This document shows positions 18,011 to 28,025 of a stretch of 32,000 nucleotides of DNA, in pieces. The position numbers and the translations under genes are program-made. The notes beneath the pieces are model-generated. The model saw nothing but the letters and a program-made list of their open reading frames with translations. It was not told the origin of the DNA and ran no database searches. Position 1 is the stretch's first letter, and every line of letters starts with the position of its first letter. The stretch is from Pseudomonas aeruginosa (lineage in GTDB: Bacteria; Pseudomonadota; Gammaproteobacteria; Pseudomonadales; Pseudomonadaceae): contig NZ_LN831024.1 in NCBI RefSeq assembly GCF_001457615.1, positions 3,570,001 to 3,602,000 of the forward strand. Reading direction: 5' to 3'.

Positions 18011-19063
18011 TTACTTGGCTTCAGCTTCTACTTCGGCTTCAACGCGACGGTTGATAGCGCGGCCTTCAGCGGTGGCGTTGTCGGCAACCGGGCGGGACTC
18101 GCCGTAACCAACAGCGTTCACGCGACCACCTTCTACACCGTACTCGTTGACCAGTACGTCACGAACGGCGTTGGCACGACGCTCGGACAGCTTCTGGTTG
18201 TAAGCGTCGGTGCCGACGGAGTCGGTGTGCCCTTCAACGGTGGTGGAAGTGGACGGGTACTGCTTCATGAAGTCAGCCAGGTTCTTGATGTCAGCGTAGC
18301 TGTTCTCTTTGACCTTGGACTTGTCGAAGTCGAACTTCACGTCCAGCTGTACGCGTACGACTTCGGCGACAGCCGGGCAGCCGTTGGCGTCAACGGTGAC
18401 GTTGGCCGGGGTATCCGGGCACTTGTCGACGTTGTCGCAAACGCCGTCGTTGTCGGAGTCGGAGCAAACGTCGGCAACCGGTTCCGGAGCCGGAGCGGCT
18501 TTCGAACCACCGAAGTTGAAGCCGACGCCCAGGCCAGCCATCCACTCGCCCTGGTGACCGTTGTCACGCTTCTCCAGACCATACTGGCCGTCGAGGCTGG
18601 CCTTGGCGAAGAAGTTCTCGGTGAAGTAGTACTTCAGACCAGCGCCGATGTTGGCCATGGTCATCTGCTGACGGCCTTGGCTGTCGCTGTTGATGTTGGT
18701 GATGTTCTGGTGAGCCAGACCAGCCGACACGTACGGACGCAGACCTACGCCCGGGGTACCGAAGTGGTAGATGGCGTCCAGAGAGGTCAGGTTGCCGTGG
18801 ACCTTCTTGTTGCCGGTTTCGTAGGTGCCACGAACGTCATGGTACTCACCGTAGGACAGCGCCAGCTCGACGTCGTCGGTCAGGAAGTAACCGATCGAGC
18901 CGCCGTACAGGTCCGCGTTCTTCATGTTGCGAACGCTGTCGGTGAAGTAGCGCTTGCCGAAGGCTTCGATCTCTACCGAGTTCTGGCCCTGGGCAAAGGC
19001 GTTCATTGCCGAAGCGGCAACCAGCGAGCCGATGACAACGCCTAAGGTGTTCTTCAGTTTCAT
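18011..19063 (-). CDS. oprF: Major outer membrane porin OprF (OmpA family)
   Basis: MKLKNTLGVVIGSLVAASAMNAFAQGQNSVEIEAFGKRYFTDSVRNMKNADLYGGSIGYFLTDDVELALSYGEYHDVRG... with OmpA-like C-terminus GHTDSVGTDAYNQKLSERRANAV. Confidence 0.99.
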   Translation of the reverse strand: MKLKNTLGVVIGSLVAASAMNAFAQGQNSVEIEAFGKRYFTDSVRNMKNADLYGGSIGYFLTDDVELALSYGEYHDVRGTYETGNKKVHGNLTSLDAIYHFGTPGVGLRPYVSAGLAHQNITNINSDSQGRQQMTMANIGAGLKYYFTENFFAKASLDGQYGLEKRDNGHQGEWMAGLGVGFNFGGSKAAPAPEPVADVCSDSDNDGVCDNVDKCPDTPANVTVDANGCPAVAEVVRVQLDVKFDFDKSKVKENSYADIKNLADFMKQYPSTSTTVEGHTDSVGTDAYNQKLSERRANAVRDVLVNEYGVEGGRVNAVGYGESRPVADNATAEGRAINRRVEAEVEAEAK

Positions 19064-19171
19064 CCGTTAAATCCCCATCTTGATGGTCAGTTAGTTGTCC
19101 AACAATCAGCCGCACAACTTGGGTGGCAAGTTTATCAGAACTTCCCGCATAGAGAGACAATATTTACCCAA

Positions 19172-19762
19172 CTATGTTTCGGTCGCATCTGAAAACTTTT
19201 CGCGCAGGCGGTCCAGTGCCCGCTTGTAGCGCATTTTCGTCGCACTCAGACCCATGTGCATGATATCCGCTATCTCCTGAAACTCCAGTTCCGCGACGAA
19301 GCGAAGAACCAGAATCTCCCGATCTATCGGATTGACATGGACGAGCCAACGATCCAATCCGCCCCGCTCCTCAACCTTCGGCGACTTCTCCTCGGAAGCC
19401 TCCTCCAGCGGGTCGAGGCTGAGCGCATCCATCAATCGGCGCTTGCGGCGCTCCTTGCGGTACTGCGTGATGCACTCGTTGTACGTGATGCTATATAGCC
19501 ATGTTTTGAACTTCGACTTGCCCTCAAAGTTCTTCAACCCGTACAAAACTTTCAGCATCACCTCCTGGCACACGTCGTCCGCGTCGCGGTCGTTGCCCAG
19601 GTAGCGGGCACAGACGTTGAACAGCGTGCGCTGGTAACGCCGCATCAATTCTTCATAGGCGCGCGTCACGTGGAACAGCTCCGAGTGCGCACGCTCGACC
19701 AGCTCTTCATCGGAAAGCTGGCGGGGGTCATACCGCTGTGACAGGGGGTGAGGCTTATTCAA
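19172..19762 (-). CDS. sigX: ECF sigma factor SigX (TTG start)
   Basis: YLGNDRDADDVCQEVMLKVLYGLKNFEGKSKFKTWLYSITYNECITQYRKERR... with region 4 LVLRFVAELEFQEIADIMHMGLSATKMRYKRALDRLR. Directly upstream of oprF. Confidence 0.97.
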   Translation of the reverse strand: MNKPHPLSQRYDPRQLSDEELVERAHSELFHVTRAYEELMRRYQRTLFNVCARYLGNDRDADDVCQEVMLKVLYGLKNFEGKSKFKTWLYSITYNECITQYRKERRKRRLMDALSLDPLEEASEEKSPKVEERGGLDRWLVHVNPIDREILVLRFVAELEFQEIADIMHMGLSATKMRYKRALDRLREKFSDATET

Positions 19763-19833
19763 GTGAGATCAGGCCAGTCATATCGTAAGCCGGGCCGCCC
19801 TGCAGAGCAGCCACGTCCATTATCTCTCCCGGA

Positions 19834-20658
19834 TCAGCGGCTGGTAACTCGCTGATCGAGCAGTAGACGGTTGGCCAGCGACACAAGCTCTCCCTCTTCC
19901 GTCAGCAGGATGGTCTTGACCGTACCTATCTCTTCAATAGTGCCTTCAACGTCACCCACTTTCACCTGTTGTCCGACCTGATACAGCTCGCGGACGTAGA
20001 TTCCTGCAATGATCTGCCCGGCGACCTCGCGGCTGCCCAGGCCCAGGGCCAGCGCAGCGGCCAGGCCGACGGTGATCAGGACGATGGCGATGATGTAGTT
20101 GAGCAGGTCGGTCTTGACCTCGAGCTGCCCCACCGCCACCGAGATGCTGATGATGATGACCAGCCACTGGGCGATCCGCCCCAGGCCGTTCGCGTATTCG
20201 AGGCCGACGCCGTCCGCCGCGCCGCGCACGACGCTGTTCACCAGTTGCGCCAGGAGCACGCCGACGATCAGCACCAGGGCCGCGCCGAACACCTTGGGCA
20301 GGTACAGGGCGAGGACGTCCAGCGTGGCGGATACCCGCTGCAGGCCGAGCGACTCGGCGGCGGATACGAGGAAGACGAGCAGCACGAACCAGTAGACGAT
20401 CTTGCCGACCAGCGTCGAGACCGGAACCTGGATGCCGACCCGGGCCAGCAGCTTGGTCAGGCCGGTGCCACCCATCAGCCGGTCCAGGCCCAGCTTGGCC
20501 AGCAGCTTGGAAAGCAGCGCATCGAGCAGCTTGGCGATGACGAAGCCGAGCAGAACGACCACCAGGGCGCCGAGCAGGTTGGGAATGAAGCCTGCCAGCT
20601 TGCCCCACAGGGTGTTCATCGCGGTCAGCAAGCTCTGGGTCCAGATATCGAATTGCAT
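19834..20658 (-). CDS. cmpX: MscS-like small-conductance mechanosensitive channel family protein CmpX
   Basis: MQFDIWTQSLLTAMNTLWGKLAGFIPNLLGALVVVLLGFVIAKLLDAL... MscS-like ...VKVGDVEGTIEEIGTVKTILLTEEGELVSLANRLLL. GTG at 20664 is an alternative start. Confidence 0.9.
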   Translation of the reverse strand: MQFDIWTQSLLTAMNTLWGKLAGFIPNLLGALVVVLLGFVIAKLLDALLSKLLAKLGLDRLMGGTGLTKLLARVGIQVPVSTLVGKIVYWFVLLVFLVSAAESLGLQRVSATLDVLALYLPKVFGAALVLIVGVLLAQLVNSVVRGAADGVGLEYANGLGRIAQWLVIIISISVAVGQLEVKTDLLNYIIAIVLITVGLAAALALGLGSREVAGQIIAGIYVRELYQVGQQVKVGDVEGTIEEIGTVKTILLTEEGELVSLANRLLLDQRVTSR

Positions 20659-20660
20659 GT

Positions 20661-20909
20661 TCACTCAGCCTTGTCAGCAGAAGATGCGTTTTTCGCGGAA
20701 ATACGGGAAACCGGCGCCAGATGCGGCGAACCGTTGTTGATGCCGATCATCAGCGCCTGCAGCCAGTGCCCCATGAGGCTGAACAGGTCACCGGCGCCAA
20801 CCTGGCGATTGGCGGTCTTCAGCACCCGTCCCAGACGCGCGTCGTCGTCCGGCTGGGGAGCCGAAGCCTTGAGCAGGTCCCGCAGGGACTCTTCGAACGG
20901 ATCGTGCAT
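20661..20909 (-). CDS. crfX: Small conserved protein CrfX
   Basis: MHDPFEESLRDLLKASAPQPDDDARLGRVLKTANRQVGAGDLFSLMGHWLQALMIG. Tightly coupled to cmpX. Confidence 0.8.
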   Translation of the reverse strand: MHDPFEESLRDLLKASAPQPDDDARLGRVLKTANRQVGAGDLFSLMGHWLQALMIGINNGSPHLAPVSRISAKNASSADKAE

Positions 20910-20963
20910 GCACACCTCATGTCTGTACGAGGGAGTGACGCCCTCTCCTCACCCCAGGTCACG

Positions 20964-21962
20964 TCAGAGCCAGCGCAGCCGACGAAATACCCACCACTGG
21001 AAGGTGGCGACCCCGCCGATCAGCAGGCAGGCCAGCCAGAACCCATGCGGTGCATCCGCCCCCGGAATGCCGCCGACATTGATTCCCAGCAGGCCGGTGA
21101 CGAAGCTCATCGGCAGGAAAAAGCCGGTGATTATACCAAGGAGATACATGGTGCGGTTCATCCGTTCGGTGATTCGCCGCGACTCGGCTTCCTGCAGGAC
21201 GCTGATGCGCTCCCGTATCAACTCGAGTTCTTCGAGATTCCGCGTCAGCCGGTTGTTCAGCTCGTTCCAGTAATCGGCGTCGTCCTCGACGAACCAGGAC
21301 AGCTTGTAGCGCGCCAGTTGCGAGTAGATGTCCCGCTGCGGCGCCAGGTAGCGCCGCAACCCCGCCGACCGGCGGCGCAGGGTACGCAACTGGTGCTGGT
21401 CGGGACTGGCACGCTCGTCCGCCTCGACCAGCTCCTCGACAGCATCGAGCTGGTCGGCTATCCCGCTGATCAGCGTGTCGACGCGATCGGTCAGGTAGTG
21501 CGCGAGGTAGTACACGACCTCGGATGCTGTCTTCGGCCCTTTCCCCGCCTCCAGGTCCTCGAGCAGATCGGCCACCGCCTTCAGCGGCCGCAGGCGCAGC
21601 GAGATCACCCGGCGCGCGTCGGCGAATACCCGCAGCGAAACCATGTCTTCCGGCTCCGCGCCCGGATTCAGGTTCACTCCACGGAGGAACACCAGCAGGC
21701 TTTCGGCCCCGAGATCGAGCAAACGGGGGCGGGTCGCCTCCTCCAGCAGCAGATCGCAGGCGAACTCGCTGAGCCCCGCGGAATCCCGCAGCCAGGCCTG
21801 TGCCTCCGGTACGCCGCGGTCCCAGTGCAGCCAAAGACTTTCCTCCGGCAGCAGGTCGAGCACCGCTATCTGGTTGCGTCCGACACGGCGTCCGCCGCCG
21901 CGCCCGTTGAGGACGTAGCCATAGATCAGGCCGCGCTCGTCACCCGACTCGTACGCTTGCAT
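20964..21962 (-). CDS. cmaX: CorA-like divalent cation transporter CmaX
   Basis: C-terminal TM pair with YLLGIITGFFLPMSFVTGLLGINVGGIPG, i.e. CorA/ZntB GMN-like variant GIN. In-frame ATG at 21962 (MQAYESGDERGLIYG); the ORF track extends to 22007. Confidence 0.88.
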   Translation of the reverse strand: MQAYESGDERGLIYGYVLNGRGGGRRVGRNQIAVLDLLPEESLWLHWDRGVPEAQAWLRDSAGLSEFACDLLLEEATRPRLLDLGAESLLVFLRGVNLNPGAEPEDMVSLRVFADARRVISLRLRPLKAVADLLEDLEAGKGPKTASEVVYYLAHYLTDRVDTLISGIADQLDAVEELVEADERASPDQHQLRTLRRRSAGLRRYLAPQRDIYSQLARYKLSWFVEDDADYWNELNNRLTRNLEELELIRERISVLQEAESRRITERMNRTMYLLGIITGFFLPMSFVTGLLGINVGGIPGADAPHGFWLACLLIGGVATFQWWVFRRLRWL

Positions 21963-22092
21963 TGCGCTTCCCTTGGTAAAACGACCATTTCGACAGTAAA
22001 AACACAAGTCCGGTACCAGTCAATTCATGGACTTGCGGCACAACCTTAAAGCCAGTCCTGAGACCCGTATGCGCACCCCGGGTTCATTCCAG

Positions 22093-22129
22093 CAAAAAGC
22101 CCCGGGACGCTGCCTGCGTCACCGGGGCC
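22093..22129 (-). terminator. Terminator of the rraA-like gene
   Basis: On the minus strand: GGCCCCGG-T-GACGC AGGCA GCGTC-CCGGGGC TTTTTGC. Confidence 0.8.
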
Positions 22130-22149
22130 GGAACGGCTGTTAAAAAGCC

Positions 22150-22638
22150 CTATTCGGGCATCTTCAAGGCCTGCGGAGAAACGATGATGCCGTTGTTGTC
22201 GGCATACACGAACTCGCCGGGGCGGAAGGTGACGCCGCCGAAGGTCACGGCGACGTTCAGATCGCCGATGCCGCGCTTGTCGGTCTTCAGCGGATGACTG
22301 GCCAGGGCCTGGACGCCAAGGTCGGTCTGGGCGATCACGTCGACGTCACGGATGCAGCCATATACGACGATCCCTTCCCAGCCGTTCTTCGCCGCTTTCT
22401 CGGCCAGCATGTCGCCCAGCAGGGCGCGGCGCAGCGAACCACCGCCATCGACGACCAGGACCTTGCCCTTGCCGTCCTTGTCGACCTGCTCCTTGACCAA
22501 CGAGTTGTCTTCGAAGCACTTGATGGTGACGATCTCGCCGCCGAAGGAGTCGCGGCCGCCGAAGTTGCTGAACATGGGTTCGACGACCTGGACCAGCTCA
22601 GGATAGGCATCGCACAGATCGGGAGTGACGTAATGCAT
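22150..22638 (-). CDS. rraA: RraA-like protein (ribonuclease E activity regulator / aldolase-like fold)
   Basis: [100 protein letters not shown]. Confidence 0.9.
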   Translation of the reverse strand: MHYVTPDLCDAYPELVQVVEPMFSNFGGRDSFGGEIVTIKCFEDNSLVKEQVDKDGKGKVLVVDGGGSLRRALLGDMLAEKAAKNGWEGIVVYGCIRDVDVIAQTDLGVQALASHPLKTDKRGIGDLNVAVTFGGVTFRPGEFVYADNNGIIVSPQALKMPE

Positions 22639-22744
22639 GGGAAGCTCCTGTGGGTGAAGGGATCGGCTCGGGCAGCTCCGGAGGAACATCGGCCGCCCGC
22701 CCCGGCGGCGCCGGCGTGACCGGAGCCGCCATTTGCGTCACATG

Positions 22745-23755
22745 TTAGCCGCTGATTCCGGCTTCCGATACGTCTAGCGCCTCGCTCCACGCGGATTCGT
22801 CGCCCGCCGGCGATCGCTGGCGCAGCCAGCGCTCCACCAAGGGCCAGACCTCTAGCTGGGCCGCCTTGCCGATCAGCATCTCGATATGCCCGTAGTCCTC
22901 GGCGTAGCCAGCCTCGCGTCCGAGCAACAGGTATTCGCGCTCGGACGAGGCGAACTGCTCGAACAACTTGCGACAGGCCCAGGACGGGTCCTGCCGGTCC
23001 CCAGCCCCGGCGACCGCCAATAGCGGTACGTCGACTGCGGCGAGCCCCTTCCACCAGTCGTTGCCCGGCTCGCCGAAGCGGCCGAACAGCCCATGCCAAC
23101 GCAGGACCTCCAGCGCCAGGCCGACCGGCTCGTCTTCCGGCCCCTGCCGCCAACGGCTTCCGGACAGCGCATCGACGCGGCGCAGCAGCAGGCGCGCGAG
23201 GATGCCTGCCATGGGCAACCTGAACAGCCAGTGCGCGGTGCTGACCTGGCTACCGAACAACGCCACGGAAGCGATCCGCGCCTGATCCAGGTAACCCCCG
23301 CCCAGTCCCGCCGCCAGCACCACCCCACCGAGGGAGTGGCCAATCCAGTGCGCCGGCTGCCCGCACTGCTCGTGGATGAAGGAGGCCAGCGCCGGCAGGT
23401 CGTAGCGCGCGTAGTCGGCGACCCGGTTGTCCCGGTAACCATCGTTGCGAATCGACAGGCCATGGCCGCGCATTTCCGGCAGCCAGACATCGAACCCCGC
23501 CCGCGCCAGGTAAGGACCTAGTCCGAGCGCACGCGGCGAGTACCAGAAGCGGCGGTTGGAAAAACTCCCGTGCAGGAGGATCACAGGCGGTCCGCGCCGC
23601 TCGCCGGCGGCCTGCTGTCCAAGCCGGGTTACGACCAGCTCGACGCTGGCATCGGGGCTGTTGCCGGGCTTCAGGCGATAGATGTCTTCGGTAAGGTCGG
23701 CGCGCAACTCGGCGCTGACCAGGGCGACAGGAAAGAGGCGACTACTGCTTTGCAT
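22745..23755 (-). CDS. Alpha/beta hydrolase (esterase/lipase-like)
   Basis: VILLHGSFSNRRFW, WIGHSLGGVVLAAGLGG nucleophile elbow, and late H in GYAEDYGHIEMLIG. Confidence 0.85.
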   Translation of the reverse strand: MQSSSRLFPVALVSAELRADLTEDIYRLKPGNSPDASVELVVTRLGQQAAGERRGPPVILLHGSFSNRRFWYSPRALGLGPYLARAGFDVWLPEMRGHGLSIRNDGYRDNRVADYARYDLPALASFIHEQCGQPAHWIGHSLGGVVLAAGLGGGYLDQARIASVALFGSQVSTAHWLFRLPMAGILARLLLRRVDALSGSRWRQGPEDEPVGLALEVLRWHGLFGRFGEPGNDWWKGLAAVDVPLLAVAGAGDRQDPSWACRKLFEQFASSEREYLLLGREAGYAEDYGHIEMLIGKAAQLEVWPLVERWLRQRSPAGDESAWSEALDVSEAGISG

Positions 23756-23780
23756 GCTTGTCTTGTACAGGAGGCACGAA

Positions 23781-23804
23781 AAAGGGCGGTGTTACCCGCC
23801 CTTT
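23781..23804 (-). terminator. Terminator after ppsA
   Basis: On the minus strand: AAAGGGCGGGTAACACCGCCCTTTTTCG. Confidence 0.85.
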
Positions 23805-23824
23805 CCGGATACAGCGAGGACCGA

Positions 23825-26200
23825 TCAGGCCTGGTCTTGCCCCTCGGCAAGGAAGAACCAGGTATCCAGCACCGAGTCGGGGTTCAGCGAGACGCTCTCG
23901 ATGCCCTGCTCCATCAGCCAGCGGGCCAGGTCCGGGTGGTCCGACGGACCCTGGCCGCAGATGCCGATGTACTTGCCGGCCTTGTTGCAGGCAGCGATGG
24001 CGTTGGCCAGCAGCTTCTTCACCGCCGGATTGCGCTCGTCGAACAGGTGGGCAACGATGCCGGAATCGCGATCCAGGCCCAGGGTCAGCTGGGTCAGGTC
24101 GTTGGAACCGATGGAGAAGCCATCGAAGAACTCGAGGAACTCGTCGGCCAGCAGGGCGTTCGACGGCAGTTCGCACATCATGATGACCTTAAGGCCGTTC
24201 TCGCCGCGCTTCAGGCCGTTCCCGGCCAGCAGCTCGACCACCTGGCTCGCCTCGCCCAGGGTGCGCACGAAGGGCACCATGATCTCGACGTTGGTCAGGC
24301 CCATTTCGTTGCGGACCTTCTTCAGCGCACGGCACTCCAGCTCGAAGCAGTCGCGGAACGACTCGCTGATGTAGCGCGAGGCACCACGGAAGCCGAGCAT
24401 CGGATTCTCTTCTTCCGGCTCGTAGAGCTTGCCGCCGATCAGGTTGGCGTACTCATTGGACTTGAAGTCGGACAGGCGCACGATGACCTTCTTCGGCCAG
24501 AACGCCGCGGCCAGGGTGCTGATGCCCTCCACCAGCTTCTCGACGTAGAAGCCGACCGGATCGGGATAGCCGGCGATGCGCTTCTCCACGCTTTCCTTGA
24601 TGTCCGCCGGCAGGCCGGCGAAGTTCAGCAACGCCTTGGGGTGCACGCCGATCATGCGGTTGATGATGAATTCGAGGCGGGCCAGGCCCACGCCTTCGTT
24701 CGGCAACTGGGCGAAATCGAAAGCGCGATCGGGATTGCCGACGTTCATCATGATCTTGAACGGAAGGTCGGGCATGGCGTCGACCGAGTTCTTGCGCACA
24801 TCGAAACCGAGTTCGCCTTCGAAGATGAAGCCGGTATCGCCTTCGGCACAGGAAACGGTCACCCCCTGCCCATCCTGCAGGATCTGGGTGGCGTTGCCGC
24901 AACCGACCACCGCCGGGATGCCCAGTTCGCGAGCGATGATCGCCGCGTGGCAGGTACGCCCGCCGCGGTTGGTGACGATGGCGCTGGCGCGCTTCATCAC
25001 CGGCTCCCAGTCCGGGTCGGTCATGTCGGAGACCAGGACGTCACCCGGTTGGACCTTGTCCATTTCCGACACGTCGTTGATCACCTTGACCGGACCGGCA
25101 CCGATGCGCTGGCCGATGGCACGTCCTTCCACCAGGACGGTCCCCTTCTCTTTCAGCAGGTAGCGCTCCATGACCGTGGCGCTGGCGCGGCTCTTCACGG
25201 TTTCCGGGCGTGCCTGGACGATGTACAGCTTGCCGTCGTCACCGTCCTTGGCCCATTCGATGTCCATCGGGCGGCCATAGTGCTTCTCGATGATCATGGC
25301 CTGCTTGGCCAGCTCGGTGACCTCGGCGTCGCTCAGGGCGAAGCGGGCGCGATCGGCGCGATCGACGTCCACTACCTTGACCGAGCGACCGGCCTTGGCT
25401 TCGTCGCCGTAGATCATCTTGATCGCCTTGCTACCCAGGTTGCGGCGCAGGATGGCCGGACGCCCGGCTTCCAGGGTCGGCTTGTGGACGTAGAACTCGT
25501 CGGGGTTCACCGCGCCCTGAACCACGGTCTCGCCCAGGCCGTAGGCACCGGTGATGAAGACCACGTCGCGGAAGCCGGATTCGGTGTCCAGGGTGAACAT
25601 CACCCCGGCGGTGCCGGTTTCCGAGCGGACCATGCGCTGCACGCCGGCGGACAAGGCGACCAGCTTGTGATCGAAGCCCTGGTGCACGCGGTAGGCGATG
25701 GCGCGGTCGTTGAACAGGGAGGCGAAGACCTCTTTTGCTGCGCGGATCACATTGTCCACGCCGCGGATATTGAGGAAGGTTTCCTGCTGGCCGGCGAACG
25801 AGGCGTCCGGAAGGTCTTCGGCGGTAGCGGAGGAACGCACTGCCACGGCGAGGTTGTCGTTGCCGTTGGCCAGGGCGGCGAAGGCCTGGCGGATCTCGCT
25901 GTCGAGACGGGCCGGGAACTCGGCTTCCATCACCCACTGGCGGATCTGCGCGCCGGTCTTGGCCAGGGCGTTGACGTCGTCGACGTCCAGGGCGTCCAGG
26001 GCCGCGTGGATACGGTCGTTGAGGCCACTCTGCTCGAGGAAGTCACGGTAGGCCTGGGCGGTGGTGGCAAATCCGCCGGGTACGGAAACGCCGGCACCGG
26101 CCAGGTTGCTGATCATCTCGCCGAGGGATGCGTTCTTGCCCCCCACATGCTCTACATCATGGACGCCGAGCTTATCGAGGGAAACTACGTACTCTACCAA
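23825..26200 (-). CDS. ppsA: Phosphoenolpyruvate synthase
   Basis: [33 protein letters not shown], catalytic-His region [25 protein letters not shown], and C-terminal [30 protein letters not shown]. Confidence 0.98.
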   Translation of the reverse strand: MVEYVVSLDKLGVHDVEHVGGKNASLGEMISNLAGAGVSVPGGFATTAQAYRDFLEQSGLNDRIHAALDALDVDDVNALAKTGAQIRQWVMEAEFPARLDSEIRQAFAALANGNDNLAVAVRSSATAEDLPDASFAGQQETFLNIRGVDNVIRAAKEVFASLFNDRAIAYRVHQGFDHKLVALSAGVQRMVRSETGTAGVMFTLDTESGFRDVVFITGAYGLGETVVQGAVNPDEFYVHKPTLEAGRPAILRRNLGSKAIKMIYGDEAKAGRSVKVVDVDRADRARFALSDAEVTELAKQAMIIEKHYGRPMDIEWAKDGDDGKLYIVQARPETVKSRASATVMERYLLKEKGTVLVEGRAIGQRIGAGPVKVINDVSEMDKVQPGDVLVSDMTDPDWEPVMKRASAIVTNRGGRTCHAAIIARELGIPAVVGCGNATQILQDGQGVTVSCAEGDTGFIFEGELGFDVRKNSVDAMPDLPFKIMMNVGNPDRAFDFAQLPNEGVGLARLEFIINRMIGVHPKALLNFAGLPADIKESVEKRIAGYPDPVGFYVEKLVEGISTLAAAFWPKKVIVRLSDFKSNEYANLIGGKLYEPEEENPMLGFRGASRYISESFRDCFELECRALKKVRNEMGLTNVEIMVPFVRTLGEASQVVELLAGNGLKRGENGLKVIMMCELPSNALLADEFLEFFDGFSIGSNDLTQLTLGLDRDSGIVAHLFDERNPAVKKLLANAIAACNKAGKYIGICGQGPSDHPDLARWLMEQGIESVSLNPDSVLDTWFFLAEGQDQA

Positions 26201-26371
26201 GGTGATCTCTCCACTATTGAATTGGAAAAGCTCAAGCGGGGCCAGGAGCAGCTCCGCTGGATTCTGGCCTGGCCCTTAGAAATAAGTGACAATGCTGCGA
26301 CAGAAAGGCCTCTGACAACGCGCGGCCTATCATAGCCAAGAATCGTTCCTACCTTAAGGCTTTCGGTGCAA

Positions 26372-27190
26372 ATGAAACGAACCGCATTCTTCATCTCGGA
26401 CGGCACCGGTATCACCGCCGAAACCCTGGGCCAAAGCCTTCTGGCACAGTTCGAGAACATCAGCTTCGTCAAACTGACGAGACCGTACATCGATACCGAA
26501 GAAAAAGCGCGCGCCATGGTACAGCAAATCAATAATGCTGCCGAGTCGGACGGGGCCCGCCCGATCATCTTCGATACCATCGTGAACCGCGACATCCGGG
26601 CGGTCCTGGCGCAATCCAACGGTTTCATGATCGATATCTTCGCCACCTTTCTTTCGCCTCTGGAACAGGAGCTTTCGGCCGACTCGTCCTATTCGGTCGG
26701 CAAGTCCCACTCCATCGGCCACAACTCCCACTACATGGATCGCATCGAGGCGGTGAACTTCGCCCTCGACAACGACGACGGCGCCCGCACCCACTACTAC
26801 GACAAGGCCGACCTGATCCTGGTCGGCGTCTCGCGCTGCGGCAAGACGCCCACCTGCCTGTACATGGCCCTGCAGTATGGCATCCGCGCCGCCAACTACC
26901 CGTTGACGGAAGAGGACATGGAGCGCCTGCAACTGCCGAACGCCCTCAAGCAGTACAAGCACAAGCTGTTCGGCCTGACCATCGACCCCGATCGCCTCAC
27001 CGCGATCCGCAACGAGCGCAAGCCCAACAGTCGCTACGCCAGCTTCGCCCAGTGCGAATTCGAGGTACGCGAGGTCGAAAGCCTGTTCCGCCGCGAAAAC
27101 ATCGCCTACATCAACTCCACGCATTTCTCGGTGGAGGAGATTTCCGCAAAGATCCTCGTCGAAAAAGGCGTGGAACGGCGCTTCAAATAA
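26372..27190 (+). CDS. ppsR: PEP synthase regulatory protein (bifunctional kinase/pyrophosphorylase, PSRP, DUF299 family)
   Basis: [36 protein letters not shown]-loop-like [19 protein letters not shown]. Divergent from ppsA. Confidence 0.95.
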   Translation: MKRTAFFISDGTGITAETLGQSLLAQFENISFVKLTRPYIDTEEKARAMVQQINNAAESDGARPIIFDTIVNRDIRAVLAQSNGFMIDIFATFLSPLEQELSADSSYSVGKSHSIGHNSHYMDRIEAVNFALDNDDGARTHYYDKADLILVGVSRCGKTPTCLYMALQYGIRAANYPLTEEDMERLQLPNALKQYKHKLFGLTIDPDRLTAIRNERKPNSRYASFAQCEFEVREVESLFRRENIAYINSTHFSVEEISAKILVEKGVERRFK

Positions 27191-27480
27191 CCGCTCCGGG
27201 GCCAGCGGCTCGGCACCGCCAAGGTCCCTTGCCCGCTTCCGGTAACGCTTCGAGCCCCAGGATGGAATTTCGTTTCATCCCAGGGGCAAAACCCCGACCA
27301 AGTGGTATAAGCGGCTGTCGCTGCCGAAAAACCGCGTGATAGAATGCGGCCCGCATGCGCCTGGCGGGGCGCCCGGCATGCCCGGCCTGCCGAGCGCAGG
27401 TCGATGACGCAGGGTTTTCCGTCACGGACTGGACAGCGATCGCAAGATCGACCCGCCGAACGCGACACCAACCAGGACTT

Positions 27481-28020
27481 ATGAAACTCAAGCCCTTAGC
27501 TCCCCTGCTCTGCCTATTCATCGCCGTACCAGGCCTGAGCGTAGCCGCCGAAAAGACGGTCTACGGCCTGAACGAATACGCGCGCATCAACGACCCGGAC
27601 ATCCAGCTGGCCGCCAAGCTCGACACCGGCGCCAAGACCGCCTCCCTCAGCGCCCGCGACATCAAGCGTTTCAAGCGCGACGGCGAAACCTGGGTGCGCT
27701 TCTACCTGGCCACCGACAACGCCGACGACACCCCGATCGAGAAGCCCCTGGCGCGGATCAGCAAGATCAAGCGCCGCCATGGCGACTTCAACCCCGACGA
27801 GGGCAAGGCCTATACCGCCCGTCCGGTGATCGAGCTGCAGGTCTGCATGGGCAAGGCGATTCGCACCATCGAAGTGAACCTGACCGACCGAAGTGCATTC
27901 CAATACCCGCTTTTGATCGGCTCGGAGGCCTTGAAGAAATTCGACGCACTGGTCGATCCGAGCTTGAAATACTCGGCCGGGAAACCCGGCTGCAAACCTG
28001 ATGCAAAACCTGCTGAGTAA
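27481..28020 (+). CDS. Exported retropepsin-like aspartic protease / RimK-LysX-associated protein (DUF785 type)
   Basis: Signal peptide MKLKPLAPLLCLFIAVPGLSVAAE, then GLNEYARINDPDIQLAAKLDTGAKTASLSARDI containing a DTGA active-site motif, then FQYPLLIGSEALKKFDALVDPSLKY. Confidence 0.88.
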   Translation: MKLKPLAPLLCLFIAVPGLSVAAEKTVYGLNEYARINDPDIQLAAKLDTGAKTASLSARDIKRFKRDGETWVRFYLATDNADDTPIEKPLARISKIKRRHGDFNPDEGKAYTARPVIELQVCMGKAIRTIEVNLTDRSAFQYPLLIGSEALKKFDALVDPSLKYSAGKPGCKPDAKPAE

Positions 28021-28025
28021 ACGAC

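Noticed and set aside
23570-26335. 921-aa plus-strand ORF antisense to ppsA
   Set aside because: ppsA on the minus strand is full length with catalytic motifs; antisense product is His/Asp/Val/Gly-rich with no recognisable motifs.
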